Source: Synergistaceae bacterium UBA6083 (GTDB lineage Bacteria; Synergistota; Synergistia; Synergistales; 79-D21). From it: 64,000 nt of DNA. A program made the position numbers and the translations under genes. Every line of letters starts with the position of its first letter. Position 1 is the first letter of the stretch. Below are positions 50,566-59,457 of the stretch, in pieces. The stretch is from NCBI GenBank assembly GCA_002436015.1, contig DIXJ01000007.1, positions 10,256 to 74,255 on the forward strand. Direction: 5' to 3'. The notes under the pieces are model-generated. The model saw nothing but the letters and a program-made list of their open reading frames with translations. It was not told the origin of the DNA and searched no databases.

Positions 50566-51039
50566 CTAGATAGATTCAAAGAGTTCGGCAGGCGAAATGG
50601 AAAGGGACAGGGTCCAACCCCCCCGCCCTTCCCTCTCGAGTCGCAAGACCCCTCCCGGAGCGATCCTGAATGAATCGGCATCGGCCCGGCCGCAAACAAG
50701 CAGGCTAGCCAGTCTTGGCAGAAACGGCGAGTGTCCTGCAATGAGCAGGTCACTGGACATCTGTGCCAGTTCTTCAGCCACGGGCCCTGGTTCATCCTTG
50801 GGGGCAAAGCCTTTTCTTGACTCGGCCTTCGCGGCCAACCCCATTTCTTCGATCAGCCTCTCCGCGGTTTGCCTGGCCCGGAGTTTGTCGCTGCATAGAA
50901 AAGCTCGTGGCCGGGCACCGATGCCCTTCAGGAACTGCCCCGTCAGGGCCACCTCCTGGATGCCGCGCGCAGAAAGCGGCCTATCCGGGTTCACTGTTTC
51001 GTCAACGGCTTCGCCGTGGCGGACGAGGAAAAGGATCAT
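50566..51039 (-). CDS. sixA: SixA-type phosphohistidine phosphatase (histidine phosphatase superfamily)
   Basis: MILFLVRHGEAV...LSARG...SDKLRARQTAE...AGHSPFL. Confidence 0.8.
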   Translation of the reverse strand: MILFLVRHGEAVDETVNPDRPLSARGIQEVALTGQFLKGIGARPRAFLCSDKLRARQTAERLIEEMGLAAKAESRKGFAPKDEPGPVAEELAQMSSDLLIAGHSPFLPRLASLLVCGRADADSFRIAPGGVLRLEREGRGGWTLSLSISPAELFESI

Positions 51040-51772
51040 TGGACTCTCTCCCCCCTTCAATCCGGATTCCCAAAGCCTCCGATGAATCCTTGCATTCGGG
51101 AACAGGATCCCGTATCACCGCCCTGCAGGGAGTTCCCTCCACCCCCCGTGTTTTAAGGGGGAAAGCATGAAGGAAGGCGATCCTGTTCCTTACAGTGTAA
51201 AGATTTACGAGCCCTTCGAGTAGAAGTATTTCCTTCAGGCAAAAGAACAAGTTGACTTCAAAATTTTGCGACTTCCTTGATTCAAGACCGACTGAATCGA
51301 TTCCAATAAGGCGAAAAGAGGTCTGATCAGCCAGGAAAATTGCCGCATCAGGTGAAAGTCCGGGGCGCCTTTCAGGGTCGAGGACTCCATTCACCAGGAC
51401 TTCGTCCATATGCCCCGTGCGGAGGATCAGTATGGTCAAAGCCCTCTCATCAGGATGGATCAGAGCCTGTAGGTCTTCCGCCGTCGTGTCGACTCCCCGC
51501 TTTTCTAGATCGATGATGAGGCATGGCCCTTCAAAAGTTTCGATGGGAAAAAGGTCAATCGTCTTTCCACGCTCAAGGAAATAGTGCGGTCCCTGGATGT
51601 GGGTCCCGGATTGGGTGCAAAGGGATAGATCGTAGACGAACTCCCTGTTATTCCCGGTAACGCGGTTGTGCGGCCCGTTTTTCGATAAGGCCGGGTTGCC
51701 GGGGAAGACAAAGCCTTCCAGGTACTGGGAAACGTCGACCAGACGGAAAATGGGAAACGGGCTCAGGACCAT
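51002..51772 (-). CDS. Cyclase-family (PF04199-like) protein with a degenerate metal motif
   Basis: Overall kynurenine-formamidase/cyclase-like layout, but the signature reads QSGTHIQGPHY instead of HxGTHxDxPxH. The 3' end overlaps sixA by 38 nt. Confidence 0.55.
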   Translation of the reverse strand: MVLSPFPIFRLVDVSQYLEGFVFPGNPALSKNGPHNRVTGNNREFVYDLSLCTQSGTHIQGPHYFLERGKTIDLFPIETFEGPCLIIDLEKRGVDTTAEDLQALIHPDERALTILILRTGHMDEVLVNGVLDPERRPGLSPDAAIFLADQTSFRLIGIDSVGLESRKSQNFEVNLFFCLKEILLLEGLVNLYTVRNRIAFLHAFPLKTRGVEGTPCRAVIRDPVPECKDSSEALGIRIEGGRESNDPFPRPPRRSR

Positions 51773-52359
51773 TTCAGCTTGTTTTGTTCCTGGATGAAGG
51801 CTTCGACCTTTTGGTATTCCTCGTGCTCCCGCTCGATCTCCCGTCGCCGCTCATCAATCTTGCGTTCAAGGGTTTCCATCAAGCGCTCGTTGAATTCCTT
51901 TGCATCGTGGTTGACCAGGTCCGTGTAGAAAGCAAGTGATTCCACCTCGCGCCGGACCCGGTCCGAGGCATTGTCGATGGGGATTGACAGGACAACATTG
52001 CCGTCAGCCAGGTCTCCGGTCGGGGCAGGTCCGTTCGTGCGTGTGGGGATGTAATCAAAAAGGGATTCGGGCCCGATGTAGGGGATCGAAATGAGCACGT
52101 GGCTCTTGTAGATCGGAACGGGACGGCCGTTTTTCTCTACACGCCCAATTTCGAGTTTTTTCAGTTCGGAAAGTTTCATTCTTTTCAGGTCCAGATCGAT
52201 ATGCCCGATGCTGTACCGCCGGTAGAAGGATTCGATGCTTTTCTGCCTGCCGATTTCCACGACATCGGGGAGGTCCAGCCTTTTCACGTCTTCCTCGATT
52301 TCACTGAAAATCATGGAAAAGCGCTCTTCAATCTTCTTCTCGGAAAAAAACGTTTTCAT
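51763..52359 (-). CDS. Hypothetical protein (198 aa), no motif recognised
   Basis: Clean ORF with ATG start and a 10-nt overlap with the downstream gene. Acidic N-terminus, central beta-like segment VPIYKSHVLISIPYIGPESLFDYIP, and a charged C-terminal helix ERKIDERRREIEREHEEYQKVEAF. Confidence 0.55.
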   Translation of the reverse strand: MKTFFSEKKIEERFSMIFSEIEEDVKRLDLPDVVEIGRQKSIESFYRRYSIGHIDLDLKRMKLSELKKLEIGRVEKNGRPVPIYKSHVLISIPYIGPESLFDYIPTRTNGPAPTGDLADGNVVLSIPIDNASDRVRREVESLAFYTDLVNHDAKEFNERLMETLERKIDERRREIEREHEEYQKVEAFIQEQNKLKWS

Positions 52360-52431
52360 TCATTTTCCCCTCTTCCGTGAGCTTCTTCATCCATTCAAGA
52401 TTAGCACAAGGAAGCTCCGGATGGGGATAAC

Positions 52432-52465
52432 AAAAAAGCGCAGTCCCATATGGAAAGGGCTGCGC
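52432..52465 (-). terminator. Rho-independent terminator after tRNA-Sec
   Basis: Minus strand reads GCGCAGCCC-tttccata-TGGGaCTGCGC followed by TTTTTTG. Confidence 0.65.
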
Positions 52466-52476
52466 GGGCGATTTCG

Positions 52477-52574
52477 TGGCGGAGGCGTGTGGGAATCGAA
52501 CCCACCGAGGCGGCCGCAGAGCCACCCCCGCCGGGTTTGAAGCCCGGGGTCATCACCAGACAGCACTCGCCTCC
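52477..52574 (-). tRNA. selC: tRNA-Sec (selenocysteine, anticodon TCA)
   Basis: 98 nt. Acceptor GGAGGCG(A)/(A)CGCCTCC, discriminator G plus CCA. Anticodon arm CCGGG-CTTCAAA-CCCGG. Long variable arm GGTGGC-tctgcg-GCCGCC. T arm GTGGG-TTCGATT-CCCAC. The D arm folds only imperfectly by hand. Confidence 0.8.
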
Positions 52575-52586
52575 GTGATTGCTAGC

Positions 52587-53162
52587 CTATTGTAGGGAAT
52601 GGTCCGGTTCCTGTCCAGACGATTGAACGTTTTCCGCATTGAAGGGATTTTCACGAAGGAACCGGGCTTTGCCCCTGATGCGGGTCAGCGCGTTTTCGAC
52701 CTTTTTCGGTGCCCAGTCAAGCAACTCGGCGGCACCCGTACATGAACCTGTGTAAAGGTAAGCTTCCATGCAGATCAGTTCGAAGGGGCTCAGGAGGCTG
52801 AAAAGGGAGTTTCTTGCCAAATCCATGTCGATTTCCTCATCCGGTCGGGGTTCAAAGGCGAGAGCCTCCATCTCATCATCCGTTAAGGAGAAGGATGGAC
52901 GCAGGCGACGTAGGTAGGAAATCATGCGGTTCCTGGCGCAGCGACGGGCGAAAGCGGCAAAGGGCCCCCTTTCGGGATCGTAGGAAGAAGACGCCAGGAT
53001 CAGGCTGAGAAAACCCTCCTGGACAAGGTCTTCCCTGAGATTTGGATCCACGGGGGCAAGGGCCCGGGCGATCCTCCGGATAAGAGGGGTCATCTCTACA
53101 AGGACATTCTCTTCGAAGCCTTCTTGCCGGGTCTTGTCTCCGCTTTCCAAGTTAATCGACAA
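52587..53162 (-). CDS. Small sigma-70-family RNA polymerase sigma factor (regions 2 and 4 only)
   Basis: 191 aa. Region 2 EDLVQEGFLSLILASSSYDPERGPFAAFARRCARNRMISYLRR. Region 4 HTH LSPFELICMEAYLYTGSCTGAAELLDWAPKKVENALTRIRGK. Confidence 0.8.
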   Translation of the reverse strand: MSINLESGDKTRQEGFEENVLVEMTPLIRRIARALAPVDPNLREDLVQEGFLSLILASSSYDPERGPFAAFARRCARNRMISYLRRLRPSFSLTDDEMEALAFEPRPDEEIDMDLARNSLFSLLSPFELICMEAYLYTGSCTGAAELLDWAPKKVENALTRIRGKARFLRENPFNAENVQSSGQEPDHSLQ

Positions 53163-54456
53163 CCTCTATGACAATGGAGGGTGCGGTCGCTTCCCGGGAG
53201 ACGGTGAAAGCATCCTCGAGAAGATCCAGGGCGGTTTCAGTCCCGGCTCCCCTGCGGTGGTAAACGGTGAAAACGGGGTCTCCCGGGTTAATCTCATCTC
53301 CGATCTTTGCCATGACCTCGATGGCGACACCGTGGTCGATTGTGTCTTCCTTGCGCTGCCGGCCTCCTCCAAGATGGCGAAGTGCGGTCCCGACCTCGTT
53401 CGTTTTAAAGGAAGAGATCTTCCCACCGGACTTTGACCGGATGACAGTTTGTTCGGGAGAAAGGGGCAGCATCTCTTCCGGGAAATCGATGCAACTGGAC
53501 TCTGCACCCTGGGCTTCCAGAAGGAGCCGGAAACGTTCAAGGGCGGTTCCGTTCTTAAGGGCCTCGGCACAAAGTTTTTCCCCTTCTACCGGGTTGGAAA
53601 CCCCACCTGCAAGGAAAGTCATGGCGCCACCCAAAGAGGTGCATAGGAAAGTCGTGTCCGTCGGGCCGGAGTTCTTGAGGACAGAGATGGCTTCACGGAC
53701 TTCGGCGGCGTTGCCGACCCACCGTCCAAGCGGCTGGTCCATTCCCGAGATCAACGCCATGCTCTTCCGGCCGAGGGAACCGGAAAGGTTTACAAGCTGG
53801 CGGGCAAGCGCACGGGATTCGTCGAGGCTCCGCATGAAGGCCCCGCTGCCGGTCTTGACGTCGAAGACAAATGCGCGGCTACCCCCTGCGAGTTTCTTGC
53901 TCAGGATGCTGCTGGCGATCAGGGGAATGGACGGAATCGTTCCCGTGACGTCACGAAGTTCATAGAAACGTTTTTCCGCCGGGGCCAGATCCCCGGAATG
54001 TCCGCTGATTGCGCAGCCGATACGCTCCACCTGGCTCACGAATTCAGCCATGGAGAGGTGGGCCCTGAAGCCGGCGATGCTTTCAAGCTTGTCCACCGTA
54101 CCTCCGGTAAAGCCGAGTCCTCTCCCGCTGAGCTTGGCGACCCGGGCCCCGCAAGCTGCCACGAGAGGAACCAGGACGAGGCTGGTCTTGTCTCCTACCC
54201 CTCCCGTGCTGTGTTTGTCCACGCAGGCTAAACCCTGCGGAAAATTTACCACCCTGCCAGAGGAAGCCAGGGCGAGAGTGAAAGCCTCGAGTTCCTTTTC
54301 GCTGAGCCCCCGCAAAAAGGCGGCCATGAGCCAAGCTGAAGCCTGGTAGTCGGGTATCTCTCCTTTCTGGAAGGCCTTTACGAAATCCCCCAGCTGTTCC
54401 GCGGTGTGCTCCTGGCCGTTTCTCTTGTCTTCGATAAACCTGATCGGGTCAATCAC
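53152..54456 (-). CDS. pdp: Pyrimidine-nucleoside (thymidine) phosphorylase
   Basis: DKHSTGGVGDKTSLVL, SGRGLGFTGGTVDKLESI. The GTG at 54456 behind GGAGGAA is preferred (8-nt overlap with the punA stop). Confidence 0.93.
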   Translation of the reverse strand: MIDPIRFIEDKRNGQEHTAEQLGDFVKAFQKGEIPDYQASAWLMAAFLRGLSEKELEAFTLALASSGRVVNFPQGLACVDKHSTGGVGDKTSLVLVPLVAACGARVAKLSGRGLGFTGGTVDKLESIAGFRAHLSMAEFVSQVERIGCAISGHSGDLAPAEKRFYELRDVTGTIPSIPLIASSILSKKLAGGSRAFVFDVKTGSGAFMRSLDESRALARQLVNLSGSLGRKSMALISGMDQPLGRWVGNAAEVREAISVLKNSGPTDTTFLCTSLGGAMTFLAGGVSNPVEGEKLCAEALKNGTALERFRLLLEAQGAESSCIDFPEEMLPLSPEQTVIRSKSGGKISSFKTNEVGTALRHLGGGRQRKEDTIDHGVAIEVMAKIGDEINPGDPVFTVYHRRGAGTETALDLLEDAFTVSREATAPSIVIEVVD

Positions 54457-55288
54457 GGGGTTCCTCCAGCCTCCTGACCAGCCCTTCGACCAGGCGAACA
54501 AGGGAAACCGACGCCTTCGCCATTTCCAGCAGGACTTCCTGGTGGGTCAAAACCTGGCCGGTCATTCCCGCTGCAGCATTTGCGACACAGGAGATGGCGC
54601 AGGTCCGCATCCCCATATGGCGAGCGACGATGACCTCCGGGACTGTTGACATGCCCACTAGATCGGCACCCAGAATCCGTGCCATGCGGATCTCCGCGGG
54701 GGTTTCGAAGGATGGACCCGTAAAGGCCACGTAGGTTCCCCTCTTGAGGAGGATACCGTTCTCACTAGCGGAATCCTCAGCAAGGAGTTGAAGTTCCGGA
54801 TCGTAAGCGTGGAGCATATCCGGGAATCGCGGTCCCCATTCATCGATATTTGGGCCGATCAGGGGGTTTGTGCCCAGGAAGTTGATGTGGTCCTGGATGA
54901 GGACGAGATCGCCTGAGCGAAGCCCGTGATGGATGCCTCCGGAGGCGTTTGTCGGAATGTAGAAGGGAATCCCCCAGGCCCCGAAAACACGGGTTGAAAA
55001 AGTCACTTCGTCCAGCGAGAACCCCTCGTAATAATGGACCCTGCCCTGCTGTACGACGACGGGGCGCCCCTGGAGCTTGCCGAACACGAGTTTCGCAGCG
55101 TGTCCTGGGGCCGTCGAAACCGGCCAGTGGGGTATCTCATCAAAGGGAATGGAACGGGCCTCCTCCAGGTGGTGGGCCAGGGCTCCGAGTCCCGACCCAA
55201 GGACGATGGCCGCAAGTGGGCGGTAAGGGGTCATTTCCTTCAGCAATGAAAGAGACTCTCTTATGTGTAGCGGCTGGTTTGTCTCCAT
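54449..55288 (-). CDS. punA: Purine nucleoside phosphorylase (trimeric PNP/MTAP family)
   Basis: 279 aa: GSGLG..., VQQGRVHYYEG, GPSFETPAEIRMARILGADLVGMSTVPEVIVARHMG. Confidence 0.93.
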   Translation of the reverse strand: METNQPLHIRESLSLLKEMTPYRPLAAIVLGSGLGALAHHLEEARSIPFDEIPHWPVSTAPGHAAKLVFGKLQGRPVVVQQGRVHYYEGFSLDEVTFSTRVFGAWGIPFYIPTNASGGIHHGLRSGDLVLIQDHINFLGTNPLIGPNIDEWGPRFPDMLHAYDPELQLLAEDSASENGILLKRGTYVAFTGPSFETPAEIRMARILGADLVGMSTVPEVIVARHMGMRTCAISCVANAAAGMTGQVLTHQEVLLEMAKASVSLVRLVEGLVRRLEEPRD

Positions 55289-55319
55289 GGTGGGTTCCCT
55301 CCCTTTTTTGCAACGTTTC

Positions 55320-56207
55320 TCAGGCTCTCGGGTGACATCGGTCGTAGATGTCCCTGAGTTCGATATCGAAATGGGTGTAGCGCTCCGTCGTGCCTATTGA
55401 GGCATGTCCCAGGAGTTCCTGAAGTGTTCGCAGGTCCATCCCGCGTCGCAGGAGGTGGGTGGCAAAGGAGTGCCGGAGAACATGGGGGTGTAGCCGGGAC
55501 AGGGGAATACCCGCCTTGTGTCCCCTCTTTTGGATGATTCGCCACATGTCTTCCCTCCGCAGGGGTTTCCCCGAACGGGTCAGGAAGATGCCCTCTCCCT
55601 TGGGCCTGAAAGCAGGTCGTGTCTCGCTGACGTAGCGCTGGAGTACCTTGCGGCAGGTCCCAACCAGGGGAACGATGCGTTCCTTGTCTCCTTTTCCCGT
55701 GACGCGGAGGATCCCGGCGGCGAAATCGACATCGCCGAGCCTGATCCGGCAGGCTTCACTTGCCCTGAGGCCGCATCCGTAAACGGTCTCAAGGAGCGCC
55801 CTGTCTCTCTTGTCCATCGGGCTATCACCGGAGCAGGCCTGGATTATCCTTTCGATTTCCCCTTCGCCGAGGATTTGCGGGAGTTTCCTGTCCTTGGAGG
55901 GAAGGGGGAGTCGCTCGGAACTCGCGGGGCGGAGGCCTTCTTCCTCGAGAAAGCGTTTCCAGGTTCTAAGGGTTGCGGCATGGCGCTGTATGGTGCTCTT
56001 GCTTCTCGAAAGCGAGGCAAGATGGCGGAGATAGCGTGCCAATACAGCCGAATCCGGGACATCGTCCCTGATTCCCGATGCCCGTGCGAAGGAAAACCAG
56101 CTCTTCATGTCCGTTCGGTAGGACGCCACGGTATTGGCACTGGCGCCTCGTTCGAATTCCAGGTACTCGCAGAAGGTTTTGAGGCGGATATCGGTTTCTT
56201 CGGGCAA
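55320..56207 (-). CDS. xerD: Tyrosine recombinase XerD (chromosome dimer resolution type)
   Basis: ERGASANTVASYRTDM..., catalytic ...RLHPHVLRHSFATHLL...LGHASIGTTERYTH. The TTG at 56207 gives 296 aa. The longer track ORF (to 56342) would run through a terminator hairpin and overlap nudF. Confidence 0.85.
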   Translation of the reverse strand: MPEETDIRLKTFCEYLEFERGASANTVASYRTDMKSWFSFARASGIRDDVPDSAVLARYLRHLASLSRSKSTIQRHAATLRTWKRFLEEEGLRPASSERLPLPSKDRKLPQILGEGEIERIIQACSGDSPMDKRDRALLETVYGCGLRASEACRIRLGDVDFAAGILRVTGKGDKERIVPLVGTCRKVLQRYVSETRPAFRPKGEGIFLTRSGKPLRREDMWRIIQKRGHKAGIPLSRLHPHVLRHSFATHLLRRGMDLRTLQELLGHASIGTTERYTHFDIELRDIYDRCHPRA

Positions 56208-56223
56208 TCGCTTTTCCCCCCCA

Positions 56224-56257
56224 AGAAAAAAAGGGCAGGCGGTTTTGCCGCCTGCCC
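56224..56257 (-). terminator. Rho-independent terminator after nudF
   Basis: Minus strand reads GGGCAGGCGG-caaaa-CCGCCTGCCC followed by TTTTTTTTC. Confidence 0.75.
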
Positions 56258-56274
56258 AAAGTAAAGCAGAAACT

Positions 56275-56805
56275 TCATCGTTTGGCGAGATACCAGGCCA
56301 GCGCTGCAACGGTCTTTGCGTCTTCGACCCTTCCGCTTGCAAGTAAAACCGGGATATCTTCCCGCTTTACCGGAACGACGTGGATGAATTCGTCATCGTC
56401 CGGCTCGAGCCTGGACTCGACAAGATCCGTGGCAAAAAAGAGGGTGACCTTCTCATCGCTGAACCCCGGTGATGTGAAGAACGATCCCCACTCCTCAAGG
56501 GTTCCCGCATCGTAGCCAATCTCTTCTTGGAGTTCACGCCTAGCCGCTTCCAGGGGAGATTCACCCGTGTTCAGGATGCCGGCAGGAATTTCAAGGATCT
56601 CCTTCCGGATTGCGTCACGGTACTGGCGAATCAGGAGCACCGCACCATCTTGCCTCACCGGTAGCATGGCCACCGCTGGGCGGTGTTCGACAATTTCTCG
56701 GAGGGCGATTTTCCCTGTGGGAAGCCGGACTTCATCCAGGCGAAGGTTCAGGATGAGCCCTTCGTAAATTATTCTGCTTGCCTGGGTGGACCACTCCCCG
56801 TCCAT
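56275..56805 (-). CDS. nudF: NUDIX hydrolase (ADP-ribose pyrophosphatase type)
   Basis: Nudix box GESPLEAARRELQEEIGY; 176 aa. Confidence 0.85.
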   Translation of the reverse strand: MDGEWSTQASRIIYEGLILNLRLDEVRLPTGKIALREIVEHRPAVAMLPVRQDGAVLLIRQYRDAIRKEILEIPAGILNTGESPLEAARRELQEEIGYDAGTLEEWGSFFTSPGFSDEKVTLFFATDLVESRLEPDDDEFIHVVPVKREDIPVLLASGRVEDAKTVAALAWYLAKR

Positions 56806-56814
56806 GGTTTTCTA

Positions 56815-57372
56815 CTAGCCAAGCGCTTTCCGGGCGATTTCGACTCCCTTGTCGAAGGCTGTCATGTTGACCTCCACGAGTGCGGCCTTTTTCTTGCCCA
56901 TCAGCTCGGCCAGGGTTGCCTTGCAGCCTTCGACAGTGACGAGGTCAGAGGCCGCAGCCAAAGCCCCGAGGGTGATCACGTTGGCTACCTTTTCGTTGCC
57001 AAGTTCCAGGGCAACGGTGTTGCAGGGAACGGGAATGACCGTTATATCCTTCCTGGGTTTCGGGTAAGTTACCAGGTCCGAGTTGTAAAGGAGGACTCCG
57101 CCGGTCTTGAGGTCTTCCTCGAACTTGGCGAGAGAAGGCTGGTTCATGATAACAAGGCAATCCGGGTGAGGAATGACGGGGGATCCGATCTCCTCTTCGC
57201 TGATGGCCACGCTGCAGTTTGCCGTGCCCCCTCGCATCTCGGGGCCGTAGGAGGGAATCCAGGTGACGAACCGCCCCTCTTTCATGGCCGCATGGGCGAC
57301 GATCTGGCCCAGGAGGAGGACTCCCTGGCCGCCAAAACCAGCCGCGATCAGGCCGCGCAGAAACTTTGCCAT
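56815..57372 (-). CDS. korC: 2-oxoacid:ferredoxin oxidoreductase, gamma subunit
   Basis: 185 aa: GFGGQGVLLLGQIVAHAAM...SYGPEMRGGTANCSV. Confidence 0.9.
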   Translation of the reverse strand: MAKFLRGLIAAGFGGQGVLLLGQIVAHAAMKEGRFVTWIPSYGPEMRGGTANCSVAISEEEIGSPVIPHPDCLVIMNQPSLAKFEEDLKTGGVLLYNSDLVTYPKPRKDITVIPVPCNTVALELGNEKVANVITLGALAAASDLVTVEGCKATLAELMGKKKAALVEVNMTAFDKGVEIARKALG

Positions 57373-57388
57373 TGTCTCTCTCCCCCTT

Positions 57389-58132
57389 CTATGCAGGTGT
57401 CTTGAACTCGCCCAGCGGGAATTCGGGCATCATGTGCTCTTCCAGCCAGTTTGTCGCGTCCACGGGCCGCAATCCCCAGTTCGTGGGGCAAGTGGAAAGG
57501 ATCTCGACGAAAGAGAATCCCTTCCCGTCGATCTGGGTCTGGAAAGCCTTCCTTAGGGCTTCTTTTGCCTTCAGGGTGTATTTCGGCTTCGCGACGCTCA
57601 CGCGGGCGATGTAGGCCGGAGCCTGGAGTGTTGAAAGCATCTCGCACATGCGTATCGGGTACCCTGCGAGCTTGGGGTCGCGCCCGAGGGGGCAGGTCGT
57701 GGCTTTTTGGCCGACCAGCGTCGTGGGGGCCATCTGTCCTCCCGTCATTCCGTAAATGGCGTTGTTGAGGAAGACCACGGTAATGTGCTCGCCTCGATTG
57801 GCTGCATGGACGATCTCGGCCATCCCGATGGAAGCCAGGTCGCCGTCCCCCTGGTAGGAAAACACGATATGGTCGGGGAGAAGGCGCTTGCAGGCGGAAG
57901 CCACGGCGGGAGCACGACCGTGCGCCGCTTCGTAGGCGTCGACGTTGATGTAGTTGTAAAGGAAGACGGCGCAACCGACGGGTGCCACGGCGACGGTCTT
58001 TTCCTGGATGCCCAGCTCATCGATGATTTCCGCCACGAGGCGATGGGCCACCCCGTGGGTGCACCCGGGGCAGTAATGTGTCGTGACGTCCACCATGGAT
58101 TTCGGTTTTTCGAAAATCTTCGTCTCTTTCAT
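57389..58132 (-). CDS. korB: 2-oxoacid:ferredoxin oxidoreductase, beta (TPP-binding) subunit
   Basis: 247 aa: YCPGCTHG..., [20 protein letters not shown]. Confidence 0.93.
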   Translation of the reverse strand: MKETKIFEKPKSMVDVTTHYCPGCTHGVAHRLVAEIIDELGIQEKTVAVAPVGCAVFLYNYINVDAYEAAHGRAPAVASACKRLLPDHIVFSYQGDGDLASIGMAEIVHAANRGEHITVVFLNNAIYGMTGGQMAPTTLVGQKATTCPLGRDPKLAGYPIRMCEMLSTLQAPAYIARVSVAKPKYTLKAKEALRKAFQTQIDGKGFSFVEILSTCPTNWGLRPVDATNWLEEHMMPEFPLGEFKTPA

Positions 58133-58145
58133 GGATGGGTCCCCC

Positions 58146-59207
58146 CTATCGCCCCAGGGCCTTGCGGACCTGGTCCTTGATTTCCTCGACCGAAGGTGTC
58201 ATGCCTCCGACACGGCCGTACATGGAAACCGGCATATCCTTTCCGACTCCAAGGCGGATATCTTCGATCATTTGTCCGCAGCTCATTTCGACGGTAAGGA
58301 TTTGTTTCACCGACTTGGGCAGAGCCTCAAGCGGCTCGTAAGGAAAGGGGAAAAGGCTGATTGGACGGAAAAGCCCGACCTTGACGCCTTCCGCGCGCAA
58401 TTCATTGATCGCGGTTCGGGCGATGCGGGCAACCGTGCCGTAGGCGGCGATGAGGATTTCCGCATCGTCGGCCAGGTAGCTTTCGTGCCTCTTCTCGTTC
58501 TTCGTCATCTCCGCATACTTGGCCTGGAGCTTCCAGTTGTGGGCCTCCAGTTCCTCGGGGTCGAGGTAGAGGCTTTTCACCAGGGCCCTGCTGCCTCTTT
58601 GCTTCATGTATCCGACGGCCCATTCCGCAGGGTCGGGAAGGCCATCCATGTGCGTTTCGTTGAACTCGACAGCCTCCATCATCTGTCCCATGAAACCATC
58701 GGCCAGGATCATGACGGGACTGCGGTATTTTTCCGCCAGGTCGAAGGCGAGCATAGTCAGGTCCACCGCTTCCTGGACCGTGCTGGGGGCGAGCACCAGG
58801 AGGCGATAGTCACCATGTCCGCCCCCGCGGGTGGCCTGGAAATAATCGGACTGGGAGGGCAGGATGCCTCCGAGGCCAGGGCCGCCGCGCATGATGTTCA
58901 TTAGGACACAGGGGAGTTCGGCACCCGCGATGTAGCTGATTCCCTCGGACATGAGGGAAACGCCGGGGCTGGAGGAAGAAGTCATGACTCGCTTGCCTGT
59001 GCCCGCGGCGCCGAAAATCATGTTGATCGCCGCAACTTCGCTTTCTGCCTGGAGGTAGACGCCGCCAATCTCGGGAAGTTTCTTGGACATGTATTCGGGG
59101 ATTTCGTTTTGCGGGGTGATCGGATATCCGAAGAAATACTTGCAACCTGCGTGGATTGCCGCTTCAGCCAGGGCCTCATTGCCTTTCATCAGGAATCGCT
59201 TGCCCAT
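58146..59207 (-). CDS. korA: 2-oxoacid:ferredoxin oxidoreductase, alpha subunit
   Basis: 353 aa: [30 protein letters not shown]. Confidence 0.93.
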   Translation of the reverse strand: MGKRFLMKGNEALAEAAIHAGCKYFFGYPITPQNEIPEYMSKKLPEIGGVYLQAESEVAAINMIFGAAGTGKRVMTSSSSPGVSLMSEGISYIAGAELPCVLMNIMRGGPGLGGILPSQSDYFQATRGGGHGDYRLLVLAPSTVQEAVDLTMLAFDLAEKYRSPVMILADGFMGQMMEAVEFNETHMDGLPDPAEWAVGYMKQRGSRALVKSLYLDPEELEAHNWKLQAKYAEMTKNEKRHESYLADDAEILIAAYGTVARIARTAINELRAEGVKVGLFRPISLFPFPYEPLEALPKSVKQILTVEMSCGQMIEDIRLGVGKDMPVSMYGRVGGMTPSVEEIKDQVRKALGR

Positions 59208-59223
59208 CTGTCGTCACCTCGCT

Positions 59224-59457
59224 CTAGGCGTTGCAGGCCTTGTCGTCTTCCAGGAGGAAGACTTCCAGGACCACGTCCGGACAGGTTATCGCGCACATCT
59301 TGCAGGCGATGCACCCCTCCTTGAACTGCTCCACAGGCCGGTAACCCTTGCTGTTGATCTTGTCGGAGATCCGGAGGACCTTCATTGGACACGCTGCAAC
59401 GCAAAGACCGCAGCTCTTGCATCGTTCCTCGTTTACCCCGACGCGTCCCTTTGCCAT
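59224..59457 (-). CDS. korD: 2-oxoacid:ferredoxin oxidoreductase, delta subunit (2x[4Fe-4S] ferredoxin)
   Basis: CKSCGLCVAACP and CIACKMCAITCP cluster motifs. The ATG at 59457 overlaps the upstream stop (TGATG). Confidence 0.88.
   Translation of the reverse strand: MAKGRVGVNEERCKSCGLCVAACPMKVLRISDKINSKGYRPVEQFKEGCIACKMCAITCPDVVLEVFLLEDDKACNA

Noticed and set aside
55320-56207. The tyrosine recombinase as a possible integrase marking a mobile element near selC.
   Set aside because: The sequence and its nudF-xerD-punA-pdp context are those of chromosomal XerD. It lies on the 5' side of selC, separated from it by three housekeeping genes. No att-like repeats were seen.
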